A DNA stretch of 64,000 nt, from assembly GCA_036785375.1 (NCBI GenBank), contig JAWMAR010000535.1, forward strand, positions 310,001-374,000, in the 5' to 3' direction. The notes beneath the pieces were generated by a model that ran no database searches, was not told where the DNA came from, and worked only from the letters and a program-made list of their open reading frames with translations. The stretch is from Leucoraja ocellata (lineage: Eukaryota). Numbering within the stretch: the first letter of the stretch is position 1; each line of letters starts with the position of its first letter. This document shows, in pieces, positions 38,110 to 49,537 of this stretch. The translations under genes and the position numbers were made by a program.

Positions 38110-39290
38110 TTGGTTTCCTTGTTTCAACATGAAACAGAGGGCCTTTAACCCAACCCTAGATTGGTCTCAGCAGCAGCTGCAGCTACTAACCTCGACCAAT
38201 AGTTTCACGAAAGGGCCTTTAATCCAGAAGAGAGGGCCTTTAACCCAACTGATGTTATTACTATGGGCCTTTAAGCCAGCAGGGCCTCTAACCCCAAAAG
38301 GCACTAACGTCCTCAGTGCTTGCTAGACTCTGTTCTACAATCTTGTTGGGACCCTTTCTCAAGCGTACAAATGATCGATCTGCTCCGACTAGCGAAGTGA
38401 TGAAAACCGATGCGAAAACCGCACCGTGGCGCCGATTTCTGCACTTGCGATCGGGAATAGCTCAACACCCTTAATCATAAACTTGTGGTTGGGGGTCCAT
38501 TGAGATCCCGGACAAGCCCCCAATGTAAATAAGCTCTTTCTATGCTTCCCCACAGTCTAGTTTGGTCAATAAACCACTGATTCAAGCACTGGAACAACTA
38601 AACTTTAATTTTAGAAAGCACAACAAATTCCCCCATACGATAACTAAACTGCAGGTTCGATCTTTGTATCTGCTTGGCCAAGCCCTTTAGTCTCGTGCAA
38701 GCAGAAATACTCCAAAAGGTCTCGCAGTCCCAAGAGCTCTTCCAGAAGATCGACCACGGACCTCATGGGGGCTGCCTTTAATAGGTCCCCGAACCTTGAG
38801 GGGCCGAACTACAGTGGGGTGATATATTTACAATCCAATCAAGTATAACACATTACAATAACACATTACTGACGGATACACTGGCCAATTACAGAATCTT
38901 CTTACATTGTTGCAGGTGAAGCTTCTGGAGGGGGCTAACAGAACCTTGAATGTGCAACATTTACCCTGGGATTCAAACAAACCAGACAGGGCTTAACATT
39001 TCAACCAATCAACACTTAACAGTGTAACTGTCTCGCAACATTATTTACAATATATACAAGGCTCTTGCAAAGACCCAATTAACCTTACGCATTTTACATT
39101 TCCAGTTATGTTCTTTGTAGAAATCTCATCCATCTGCCAACTGACGATGTAATATTGATCTGGGCCACACCATCAGAAGCTTGTCCCATTTCTACAGAGA
39201 ACACCAGACTTGACCAAAATGGCCTAGCAATACATGAGTCCTTATTAAAGTGTGGGTACTATGGCTGCTCAATTTCAGCCAGGATTAACA
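38110..39290 (-). mobile_element. Endogenous retrovirus remnant: 5' LTR (38524-39290), tRNA-Pro PBS and leader
   Basis: LTR bounded by TGTTAAT...ATTTACA on the minus strand; TATA-like TATTAAA near 38780; ATTAAA near 38606; PBS 1 nt after the LTR. Confidence 0.8.
38505..38522 (-). promoter_or_regulatory. Primer-binding site complementary to tRNA-Pro
   Basis: Minus strand TGGGGGCTTGTCCGGGAT, one mismatch from the canonical Pro PBS TGGGGGCTCGTCCGGGAT. Confidence 0.85.
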
Positions 39291-41580
39291 CCAGCATCTT
39301 CCCCACTACCGATGTAAGGCTAACTGGTCTATAATTCCCTGTTTTATCTCTCCCTCCTTTCTTAAAAAGCAGAGTTACATTAGCTACCCTCCAGCCCACA
39401 GGAACTGATCCAGAGTTGAGAGAACATAGGAAAATGATTACCCAATGCATCCATAATTTTTAGGGCCACCTCCTTGAGTACACTGGGATGCAGTCCACCA
39501 GGCTCTGGGATTTATCTGCCTTTAGTCACAATAGATTACCTAACAACATTTTCTGACATGTGGATTCCCTTCAGTTCCTCCCTCCCACTAGATCCTCGGT
39601 CCTCTATATGTCTGAGAGATTGCTTGTGTCTTCCATATGGACCTGTTCCACTTAGTTGACTTTTTAGGTTGTCTCATTGGGGAAAAAAAACATAAGCAGT
39701 AGTTTTCAAGACCAAGGGTAACCGACCAGTAATGTTAAATGTCCGCCGAGCTTCACAGCCGCGTATCTCTGGCTCCTTAAAAGTTGTCTCCACTCCTTCT
39801 CCCTCATTCTCCCCCTTCTCTCCCCTCCCCCCCTCTTTTAAAGGATTTAACGTACACTGTGCTTTAGCCATCTTAATTATAGCACCAACCTTCCTGTTCA
39901 TTGTGGTGTGTGTCGGTATCACCTTTGCTTCGCACCGTGTAAATTTCGCTCAGACAGCACCCGCCCCCCCCCCCCCCCCCCCCCCCTGCCCTGTCCCCCA
40001 CCTACATAATGGACTGGTAAAGGAAGTGATGTATGTGTGTTCCACTCTGACAGTTGCCCTTCCAGTTGCCGGTTTGTCAGGCGACTACCGGCAACTTGAC
40101 AATCGCTTGAAAAATCACCTAAATGGGACAGGTCCATTAGTGAAGACAGAACCAAAGTACTTGTTTCACTGTTCTGCCTTTCCCTTGTTTCCCATTATAA
40201 ATTCACCTGTCACTGACTGTAAGGGACCTACATTCATCTTCACTAATCTTCTCCTTTTTACATACCTAAAGAAACTTTTACAGTCAGTTTTTATATTCCC
40301 CGCGAGCTTACTTTCATGCTCTTCCCCCCCCTCCGCCCCCCCTCATAATTAACACCTTTGTCGTCCTCTGTGGAGTTCTAAATTTCACCCAGCCACCTGC
40401 TTTGGCACTTCTTCTGTCCAATTGATATGCCTCTTCTTTGGATTTAACGCTATCCTTGACTTCCCTCGTCAGTCACGGTTGAGCCACCTTCCCAGTTTTA
40501 TTTTTTTGCCAGACAGGGATGAACAATTTCTGGAGTTCATCCATGCAGTCTTTAAATCTTTGCCATGTCATCTCCACTGCCAACCCTTTAAGTATAATCT
40601 GCCAGTCAATCCTAGCCAATTCCCGTCTCATACCTTCAAAGTCATTCAAGTTCAGGACCCTAGCTGCTGAATTAACCTTGTCACTCTCCACCCCAATGCA
40701 GAATTCCACCATCTTATGGTCATTATTGCCCAAGGGGCCTTGCACAACAAGATCGCTAACTAATCCTTCCTCGTTACACAATACCCAGTCTAGGATGGTC
40801 TGCCCTCTCGTCGGTTCTTGTACATATTGGTTTAAAAATTCATCCCGTATACATTCCAGGAAATCCTCCTCCTCAGCACTGTTACCAATTTGGTTGGCCC
40901 AATCTATATGTAGATTAAAGTCATCCATGATAACTGCTGTACCTTTGCTACTCGCATCCCTAATTTCCTGCTTGATGCTATCCCCAACCTCCCTACTGCT
41001 GTTAGGTTGTCCGTATACAACTCCAACAAGCGTTTTCTGCCCTTGGCTATTTCACATTCTACCCATGCCGATTCTACAGCATCCAAGCTAATCTCTCTCC
41101 TTGCTATTGCATTAATCTCCTCTTTAACCAACAATGCCTCCACTCCTCCTCTTCCTTTCTATCTATCCTTCCTGAATATCGAATACCCCTGCATGTTTAA
41201 CCCCCCGCCTTGGTCACCCTGGAGCCATGTCTCCGTTATTCCAACTATATCATATCCCTTTAACTATTAACTGCACATTCAATTCATCCACCTTATTTCG
41301 AATGTTCCTCCCATTAAGGCATAAAGTTTTCAGGTTAGTTTTTCTCATCTCTATTCTACCTTTCTCTTCTGTCCTCCTTTTATGGCCCTCTGTCTCCTTG
41401 CATTGGGTCCCATCCCCTGCCCTGCTAGTTTAAACGTGACATTTCCTACACTCTCCCGTTAGCTGCACGAATACGCATCCACATTGTTGACTCCACCCCC
41501 CAGTTTTTGGTTTAAACCCATCCGTGTAGCACTGGCAAACCTGCCAGCCAGAATGTCGGTCCCCTTCGGTCCCCTCTAAA
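39291..41580 (-). mobile_element. CR1 LINE 5' half (endonuclease to RT start), decayed, interrupted by a MITE
   Basis: DFNLHIDW..FLECIRD.FLNQYV.EPTRG..ILDWVLCN..LG.NDH; WRVANVT.LFKKGGR...GNYRPVSLTSVVGKM. Confidence 0.9.
39638..40136. mobile_element. PIF/Harbinger-like MITE, same family as 4385-5134
   Basis: TIRs TGGACCTGTTCCACTTAG / CTAAATGGGACAGGTCCA with ATA/TTA flanks, inside the CR1. Confidence 0.75.
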
Positions 41581-41779
41581 AGAGTTATCATTGTAGATTA
41601 TTTAATAATTAGGCAAATCATTAATGTTCTCTTCAGTTTCAGTCAAGAGTGCAGGAGGACCAGTTGCTGAATTGTGAGAATAAACACAAGGGAGGGAAAT
41701 TGTGAAGGACAGGGGAGAACCCAATAACCATGGGTCAGGATGGGACGAGTGAAAAGAAAAGAGATCCACAACATAGAAG

Positions 41780-41995
41780 GCAGACACAAAATGCTGGATT
41801 AACTCAGCAGGTCAGGCAGCATCTCTAGAGAAAAGGAATAGGTGACGTTTCCAGTCGGAACCCTTCTTCAGACTAGAGTTCCAACCCAAAACTTCACCCA
41901 TTCCTTTTCTGCAGAGATGCTGCCTGACCCATTCAGTTACTCCAGCATTTTTTGTCTATCTTCGGTATCAACCAGCATCTGCATTTCCTTCCTCC
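41780..41995. mobile_element. Head-to-head Penelope-pLTR-derived palindrome
   Basis: Inverted arms; minus-strand CTGAAGAAGGGTTCCGACTGGAAACGTC at 41844-41871. Confidence 0.75.
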
Positions 41996-42456
41996 TCAAT
42001 ATAGAATATCAGAGGCTAAGAACAAAGATTTAAAATAACAGATCGCTTTGAGTGGAAGTCTCCTATTCACAAGTTGTCATAGGAGCAGAATTCGGCCATT
42101 CAAAACTATACTGCCCTTAAATTGCTCCACGTGCTGGTTAGCAAATGGTTGGGCAGATTGGAAAGTTTGAAAGCTTTGCTGGTGTGGGAGGGAGGGAGGG
42201 GGGAAGGTGGGTGAGGGAAGGGGGAACTTCATTTCACAGAAAAGCACTCGTAACTTGAAAGGAAGGAGCTTTACCGCAAGAGAGCTTCCACTTGAACCCG
42301 AGTCAGAGCAGACTCCCAGCAGAACAGATAGATAAAATAGATAAAGTTGCTTCTGTTTTGATAGAGCATCGAATAGTACAGCACAGGTGCAGGCCCTTTG
42401 CAGCATTTTGTGTCTATCTTTGGTGTAAACCAGGATCTGCACTTCCATTTTTTATG

Positions 42457-43030
42457 ACAAGTCAAGTCAAGTCAAGTCAAGTTTATTTGTCACATACACA
42501 TACAAGATGTGCAGTGAAATGAAAGTGGCAATGCCTGCGGATTGTGCAAAAACAACAGAACAACAGGACAGAATAGAACAGAACCAGTATTTACATTTTA
42601 GGAAAAAAAGAAAAAAAAAGTGTTTTAAAAAAAAGCCAACACAACAGTAAATTAGTAGGTACACAAAATTGCTGGAGAAACTCAGCGGGTGCAGCAGCAT
42701 CTATGGAGCGAAGGAAATAGGCATCGTTTCGGGGCGAAACCTTTCTTCAGTAAATTAGTAAATTAGTCCCTGGTGAGAAAGGAGTTTACAGTCCTGATGG
42801 CCTGTGATAAGGAACTGCGTCTCATCCTCTCATTTTTCACAGCGTGACTGTGGAGGCGCTTGCCTGACCGTAGCAGCTGGAACAGTCCGTTGCTGGGGTG
42901 GTAGGGGTCCCTCATTATGTTGCTGGCTCTGGATCTTCACTTCCTGGTGTATAGGTCCTGCGGTGGGTGAGTGCTGTTCCCATGGTGCGTTCGGCTGAAC
43001 GCATTACTCTCTGCAGAGCCTTCCTGTTTT
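42457..43030 (-). mobile_element. Rex1/Babar-like LINE 3' end with nested Penelope-derived fragment (about 42657-42750)
   Basis: (CTTGA)n tail; CAGTAAATTAGTA occurs on both sides of the insert. Confidence 0.65.
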
Positions 43031-44015
43031 CCTTTTACTTTACACTTTTACTTCCCTTTCTTTTTAACCGCTACACAGGTGTATGACAACATTTTCAGTA
43101 AGCTCAATGATGTTTAAAGGGAATTGAAAATGTACGGCACTTCAGATGCAGACACCAGCGACAAAGGACTCAACATCTGACCACACATAGACAATCCTCA
43201 CACTGTGCCCAGCTGCCAGCTGGGTCTCTTGATGTGGCCACACACCCCACTTGCACACTCGACTACCTGCTCTCTCTCTCTCTGAACTAAACGGTTGATA
43301 TTGCCATTGATTTATTGTTGTCACGTGTACTGGGACACAGTGAGAACCTTTTGTTTGAGTGCTATCCATTTAAATCAGATCATGTAATATCCGAGTGCAA
43401 CCAAACCATACACAAGCATGCCAGTGTTGCCAGGACACAAGGGCCTCAGCTATAGCATGAGCAGGCTCACACTTTAATCCTTGGAGAGCAGGAGGATGAG
43501 GGCTGGTCTTATCGAGGTGTATAAGATCATGAGAGGAATAGATAGGGTAAATGTTTTTACCAAGAGTAGGGGAATCGAAAACCAGAGGTTTAAGGTGAGG
43601 GGGAAAAGATTTAATAGGAACCTGAGGGGCAACTTTTTACACAAAGGGTGGTAAGTATATGGAACGAGCTGCTGGAGGAGGTAGTTGAGGCAGGTACTAT
43701 CACTACGTTTAAAAGACATTTGGATAGGTATATCAGGGCTGCCAACTCTCACCCTTTGAGCGTGAGACTCACGCCCTCAAGCAAACTCTCACGCCCTCAC
43801 GCTGATCAGAAATTTCTCACGCTCAGTGGTGAGAAATTTTGTGATCAACGAAAATTAAAAACTCGGATAAACTGCCTGGTCCGCGGGTGTTGGAGAGCCG
43901 GGGCTGCGGGAGGGATGGAGCAGAACCAGCAGCGGGAACAGATGCGGGGAACCGGGGCTAGCGAGTGTTTGCGGCGCTGTCGAGTGTTTGCGGGGCTGAC
44001 GCTGCAGCTCCGGCC

Positions 44016-44108
44016 ATGGAGCACTCCGGACAGTGCGAGTGTCCCGGGCCGTGGAGCCGTCGGAAGCGTCGCGCCGGCTGCCGCTGCCGCGAGAGTCTCT
44101 GTGTCGAA
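44016..44108 (+). pseudogene. TDP2: TDP2 exon-1-like fragment, copy A (truncated)
   Basis: MEHSGQCECPGPWSRRKRRAGCRCRESLCVE; homologous to copy B. Confidence 0.55.
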
Positions 44109-44109
44109 G

Positions 44110-45220
44110 GGACAGACTCTCAAAGGGAGGTGGAGAGAGAGAGAGAGGGGAAGGAGACAGGGAGACAGTGGGGGAAGAGAGAGGGGGGTGAGATGAGAGA
44201 GAGGGGAGAGACAGAGGGGGCATAAATGGAGCAAGAGAAGAGGGGGGGAGAGAGAGGTAGGGGTGAGAGAGGGGGGAGAGTAGGTGGAAGAGGAGGGGAA
44301 GAGAGATAGGGGTGAGAGAGAGGGGTGAGAGGGAAGAAAGAGGGTAGAGAGAGGGGGTGGAGAGGAAGGAGAGGGTAGGAGAGAATGGGAGAGAGGGGGA
44401 AGAGAGAGGGGAAGGAGACAGGGAGTGGGGGGAGAGAGGGGGTGAGAGGAGAGAGGGGAGAGACAGATGGGGCGTGAGTGGAGAGAGAGAAGAGGGAGAA
44501 GAGGGAGAGAGAGGTAGGGGAGAGAGAGGGGGGAAAAGAGAGAGGGAGAGAGGGGGAAAGAGAGAGAGATGGGGAGGCAAAGAGAAAGAGGAGATAATAT
44601 AATCATAATAATAATAATATCTTTTATTGTCATTGCACATCAGTGCAACGAGATTTAGTATGCAGCTTCCAACCGATGTAAAAGAAAAGTAAAATAAATA
44701 AATAATCTGTGCGACATGACCATCCGAGGGAGACAGTCCAGGGGGGATGGGGGGCACTCAGCAGGGCCGGTTCAGAGCCGCTATAGCTCTGGGAATGAAG
44801 CTGTTTCTGAGTCTGGAAGATCGGGCGAAGAAGGCCTTGTAACGTCTGCCGGAGGGAAGTAGTTCGAACAGTCCATTACAAGGGTGTGAGGAGTCTTTAT
44901 GGATGATAAAGAGAGAGAGGGGAGGGGGGGGGGAGGGAGAGAGGGGAAGAGAGGAGAGAGAGAGGGGGGAGAGAGAGGGGGAGAGAGAGAGGGGGAGAGA
45001 GAAGAGAGAGGAAGGGGGGAGAGTGAGAGGGGTGAGACAGGGGAGAGAGGAGAGAGGGGGAGGGGAGAGAGAGAGGGGAGAGGAGAGAGGGGGAGAGGAG
45101 AGAGAGGGGAGAGAGAGGGGGTTGAGAGGAGAGAGAGCGGAAGAGAGGGGGAGAGAGAGGGGAGAGAGAGAGGGGAGAGAGAGAGGGGAGAGAGAGAGGG
45201 GGGAGGGAGAGGGGGATAGA
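44110..45220. repeat. Polypurine (GA-rich) tracts at about 44110-44595 and 44908-45220
   Basis: Directly visible low-complexity sequence. Confidence 0.9.
44600..44907 (-). mobile_element. Rex1/Babar-like LINE 3' end
   Basis: KDSSHPCNGLFELLPSGRRYKAFFARSSRLRNSFIPRAIAALNR*, TGCAC-TGAT-GTGCA stem, (ATT)n tail. Confidence 0.8.
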
Positions 45221-45466
45221 GGCAAGGTTGCCAACTCCCATGCATTGAGTGTGAGAATCACGCATTTCACCAAATTCTTACGCTGATCACAAATTTCTCT
45301 CGCTCTGTTGTGAGAAATTCTGTGATCAACGAAAATTTCAAAACTCATATCAACTGCATGGGCCGCGGGTGTTGGAAGCAGAAGCAGCGGCGGGGACAGA
45401 TGCGGACGGGGCGCGGAGCTGGCGAGTGTTTGCCGGGCTAGCGAGTCGCTCACTGCAGCTCCGGCT

Positions 45467-45621
45467 ATGGAGCAGCCTCAGTGCAAGAGTCCCGGGCCGT
45501 CGGAGGCGTCGAAGCGTTGCTCCGCTGCCGTGAGAGTCTCTGTGCCGAATTTGCCCTGGTGACTGGCATGGATCAGGCTGCGGCTCGGTGCATCCTGGAG
45601 GACAACCAGTGGCTGCTGGAA
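45467..45621 (+). pseudogene. TDP2: TDP2 exon-1-like fragment, copy B (UBA-like domain start, frameshifted from its ATG)
   Basis: RESLCAEFALVTGMDQAAARCILEDNQWLLE|gtaagt aligns with TDP2 RRLLCVEFASVASCDAAVAQCFLAENDWEME (recalled). No downstream TDP2 exon was seen. Confidence 0.75.
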
Positions 45622-45724
45622 GTAAGTACCAAGCACTGGGTAGATACGGTGAAAGATAGTGGACTTCAAATGGGGGTGGTTGATGAAAGCATCCTGCTTG
45701 CCTGCTAGATTTCCACTGTAACTG

Positions 45725-46060
45725 CAGGAAAAATGTTCCCGATGTTGGGGGAGTTCAGAACCAGGGGTCACAGTTTAAGAGTAAAGGGGGGACCAGTTAG
45801 GACTGAGATGAGAACAAACCTTCTTCACGCAGAGAGTTGTGAATCTGTGGAATTCTCTGCCACAGAAGGCAGTGCAGGCCAATTCACTGGATGTTTTCAA
45901 GAGAGTTACATTCAGTTCTTGGGGCTAACGACATCAAGGGATATGGGGAAAAACAGGAAAGGTACTGATTTTAGATGAATAGCCATGATCATATTGAATG
46001 GCAGTGCTGGCTCGAAGGCCGATGGCCTATTCCTGCGCCTATTTTCTATGTTTCTATGCT
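45725..46060 (+). mobile_element. CR1 3' fragment
   Basis: MFPMLGEFRTRGHSLRV; (TTTCTATG)n tail. Confidence 0.8.
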
Positions 46061-47491
46061 TGAGTATATGGCAATAAAACTCGATCACTTAATTTTTAAG
46101 CCTTCATGCATGGTGGAGGTATAATGTACTCATAGAGTGATACAGTGTGAAAACAGGCCCTTCGGCGCAACTTGCCCACACCCACCAACATGTCCCAGCT
46201 ACGCTACCTGCTTTTGGTCCATGCCTCCAAACCTGTCCTATCCATGTATCAGTCTAACTTTTTCTTAAATGTTGGGATGGTCCCTGCCTCAACTACCTCC
46301 TCTGGCAGCTTGTTCCATACACCCATCACCCTTTGTGTGGATAAAGTTACCCCTTAAAAAGTTACCTCTTAAAAATACTTCATACAAAAAACATTGAAAT
46401 CATATTTCTACAGTGCACTAAAACATGATTTTAATACATCAAATTTCAAAAGGTTCCTACCCTTGGAGGGGAACCCCTTCTTCCACACCCTCTCCCCACT
46501 CGGTTGCTCCCTCACTGGGTACCCCCAAGGCAAGTGATCAGTGATTGCACAGCCTCTCCCCTTTCAAAAACGCTCCAATCCAATTTAAAGCATATTTATT
46601 GCATTCAAGTGCAAGTTAAAAGACTCGTTACAGTATGCACCATATTACACAATTTCAAGCTGAAAAATGCAAATGTTCCGTACCAATGGGGGGGGGGGGG
46701 GGGGGGGGGGGGAGGAGTACCCCCCTCCCCCCGTAACTCAGTGGGTTAGGCAGCATCTCTGGAGAACCTCGTCTGAAGAAGGGTCCTGACCCGAAACATC
46801 ACCAATCCTTTTTCTCCAGAGATGCTGCCTGACTCGCTGAGTTACTCCAGCACTTTGTCTCTATCGTTAATCGATGTTGTTTTCATTTTGGCAATTTCAG
46901 AAATCAATCTCCATAAAATAAATTTTGTGAGAAAAGGCATTTGATAGGATCTCGGATTAAAACATTTGCCGTGCACTCTCACTAAAAAAAACAACAATTT
47001 CACCAACATGCCAGGGATGAGGATTGATATTTGGAAACATAAATCACAATAATTATATTAAAATCCTGCCTAATTTTAAGAAAATATAAGAGAGATCTGA
47101 ATTAAAGAATTTGAGACGGTTCAAATGTTGGGTCACCTGCTTGAGATGTTTAATAAACAATGATACAATGTGAAAGAAGTCAAGGTATGTGCACTATCAA
47201 TTGGATCATCTATCATCTGCTTGCCACTCACCTTGAAGTTAATGCCTCAATATTGCCACTGGGAAAACGGCCAAACTCCAGACTGAGTTACCACCATCAG
47301 CAGGCTGGGGTAGTCATGTGACTGTTCAAGCCCTTACACTTCGCATCACTTCCTTTCTTCCACTGAAGGTTGGCATGGCTACCCCCAGCAATTGCTTCAA
47401 TGGAGGGGAGTGAAGGAGAGGAGGACAGACATAGGCTGGGGTAATGGGCAGACTTATGGAAGACATAACATCGCCTATCTCTTCCCTCCAC

Positions 47492-47727
47492 ACATAGAAA
47501 CATAGAAATTAGGTGCAGGAGTAGGCCATTCGGCCCTTCGAGCCTGCACCACCATTCAATATGATCATGGCTGATCATCCAACTCAGTATCCCGTACCTG
47601 CCTTCTCTCCATACCCCCTGATCCCCTTAGCCACAAGGGCCACATCTAACTCCCTCTTAAATATAGCCAATGAACTGGCCTCAACTACCCTCTGTGGCAG
47701 AGAGTTCCAGAGATTCACCACTCTCTC
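47492..47727 (-). mobile_element. CR1 3' end
   Basis: Near-identical reverse complement of 27740-27970. Confidence 0.9.
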
Positions 47728-47934
47728 ATGTTGACTGACTTGCTGAATTACTCCAGCATTTTGTATTTTATTCAAGATTCCAGCACCTGCACTTCCACGT
47801 GCCTCTTGTATACATTAGGGAGATTTTACAGTGGCTATTTAATTTCCCGACCAGCATATTTTTTGTGACGGGTGAAAAAAGCTGAGCACTAAGGGGAAAT
47901 CCATGTGGTCACAAGTGAATACTCAATGTGAAGT

Positions 47935-48225
47935 GGTGAAGCGGTAGAGTTGCAGTGCCTGAGACCCAGATTTGATTATGGGTGGTATCTGTACAAAGTT
48001 TGTACGTTCTCCCTGTGACCACGTGGGTTTTCTCCGGGTGCTCCGGTTTCCTCCCACACTCCACAGACCTGCAGGTTTTTAGGTTAATTGGCTTCAGTAA
48101 AAACTGTAAATTGTCCCTAGTTTGTAGGATACTGCTTGTGTACGGAGGTTGCTACACGGCACGGACTCGGTGGGCCGAAGGGTCTGTTTCCACGGTCTAT
48201 CCCTAAATTAAAGTAAACTAAATTA
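47935..48225 (+). mobile_element. HE1-like V-SINE
   Basis: Head, V-core and tail. Confidence 0.8.
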
Positions 48226-48311
48226 AACGGCATCAAAGGTTATGGCGAGAAGGCAGGAGAATGGGATTGATAAGAAAAATAGATCAGCCATGATCAAATG
48301 GTACAGTAGAC

Positions 48312-49110
48312 TTAGTTTGGTTCAGAGATACGGTGTGCAAACAGGCCCTGCAGCCCATTGAGTCCATGCCGACAAACGATCACCCGAACACGAATCTATC
48401 CTACACACTAGGGCCAAATTACAGAAGCCAATAACGCACAATTCACATATCTTTGGAATGTGGTGCCGACGACTCACCTCACCGTCGCGGAGCTGGCCGA
48501 GTCCAGAGCGGGTGGAGCGGTGGTGGAGCGCTGCGGGTCACTGGAGGGAGACCGCTTTTCAGGGCTCTCGCAACAGCGACTTCTCCCGCCCGAGTTGCGG
48601 GGTCGAAGAGCTCCTGGAGCGGGGCCTGACATCACCGCCCCGCGCGGCTTGGAATGGCCGCGGGACTCTGCGAGCGCACGCCGGGGGCTCTAACACCAAG
48701 ACCCGGTGTGCGACCTCGCACCACCCGGCGTGGCTTTAATAGCCGCAGGACAATCGCCATCGCCAGCCGGGGGCTTTGACTTTGACTCTGACATCGGGGG
48801 GGGGGGGGGAGAGTGCAGTGGAGAGATAAGTTTTTTTGGCCTTCCATCACTGCAATTTGATGGATGTTTATGTAAATTATGTTGTGTCTTGGGTCTATTT
48901 GTTTGTAATGTATGGCTGCAGAAACGGCATTTCGTTTGGACCTCAAGGGGTCCAAATGACAATTAAATTGAATCTTGATCTTGAATCTTGATCTTGTGGG
49001 AGGAAACCGGAGCACCCAGAGAAAACCCACTCAGTCACAGGGAGAACCCATAGTCAGGAACAAACCCGGTTTCTGACGCTGAAAGGCAGCTGTTCTACCA
49101 CTGCATCACC
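48312..49110 (-). mobile_element. HE1-like SINE interrupted by 48464-48994
   Basis: SINE core split at TGTGG, which is present on both sides of the insert. Confidence 0.75.
48464..48994 (+). mobile_element. 5'-truncated copy of the 10297-11203 retroposon family
   Basis: Near-identical 3' half; (ATCTTGA)n-like tail. Confidence 0.75.
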
Positions 49111-49537
49111 CTTTCCTGTTCCTGACTCTGCTGGGCCAGATTAGCATTTCTGCTCCTATATTTTAGGATCTTATAATCTGATAAGTAAGCAAGGTTAATA
49201 GTATTGTTTTTGGTTTATTATTGTCACATGTACCGACATATAGTGAAAAACTTTGTTTGCATCCACATGAAACATACTATACATGAGTACAATCAATCCA
49301 ACACAAGAAGAACAAGTGGTGCAAAGAGAAAAACATTTAGAGTGGAGAATATACAAGATACATTTATTTGTCAAATGTACCAATTGGTACAGTGAAATGT
49401 GTGGTCGCCATATAGTGTTACAGCATTATAACATTACAGTTAGGGAGAAAATGCAGATATTAAAAAAGTGCAAGGTCGGCAATAACATAGGTTCGAAGAT
49501 TGAGACTACACCTTAGCTTATGGGAGGACCATTCAGT

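Larger units (their letters stand above)
43734..46745 (+). mobile_element. hAT-like non-autonomous composite element carrying TDP2 exon-1-like sequence (right boundary uncertain)
   Basis: CAGGGCTGCCAACT at 43734 and CAAGGTTGCCAACT at 45223, each followed by CTCACGC subterminal repeats and a TDP2-like segment. No matching right TIR was found. Confidence 0.55.

Noticed and set aside
38505-38522. tRNA-Pro gene fragment on the + strand
   Set aside because: Only the 3' 18 nt including CCA, abutting an LTR end; this is a PBS.
43845-45453. Long ORFs of 230-300 aa rich in Leu/Ser/Pro or Glu/Arg/Gly
   Set aside because: Stop-free artefacts of GA-rich polypurine tracts; only the Rex-like and TDP2-like parts have recognisable motifs.
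45467-45708. The authentic TDP2 locus
   Set aside because: Frameshift between the ATG and the UBA-like segment, a second diverged copy nearby, a transposon-like terminus upstream, and no further exons in the following 18 kb.
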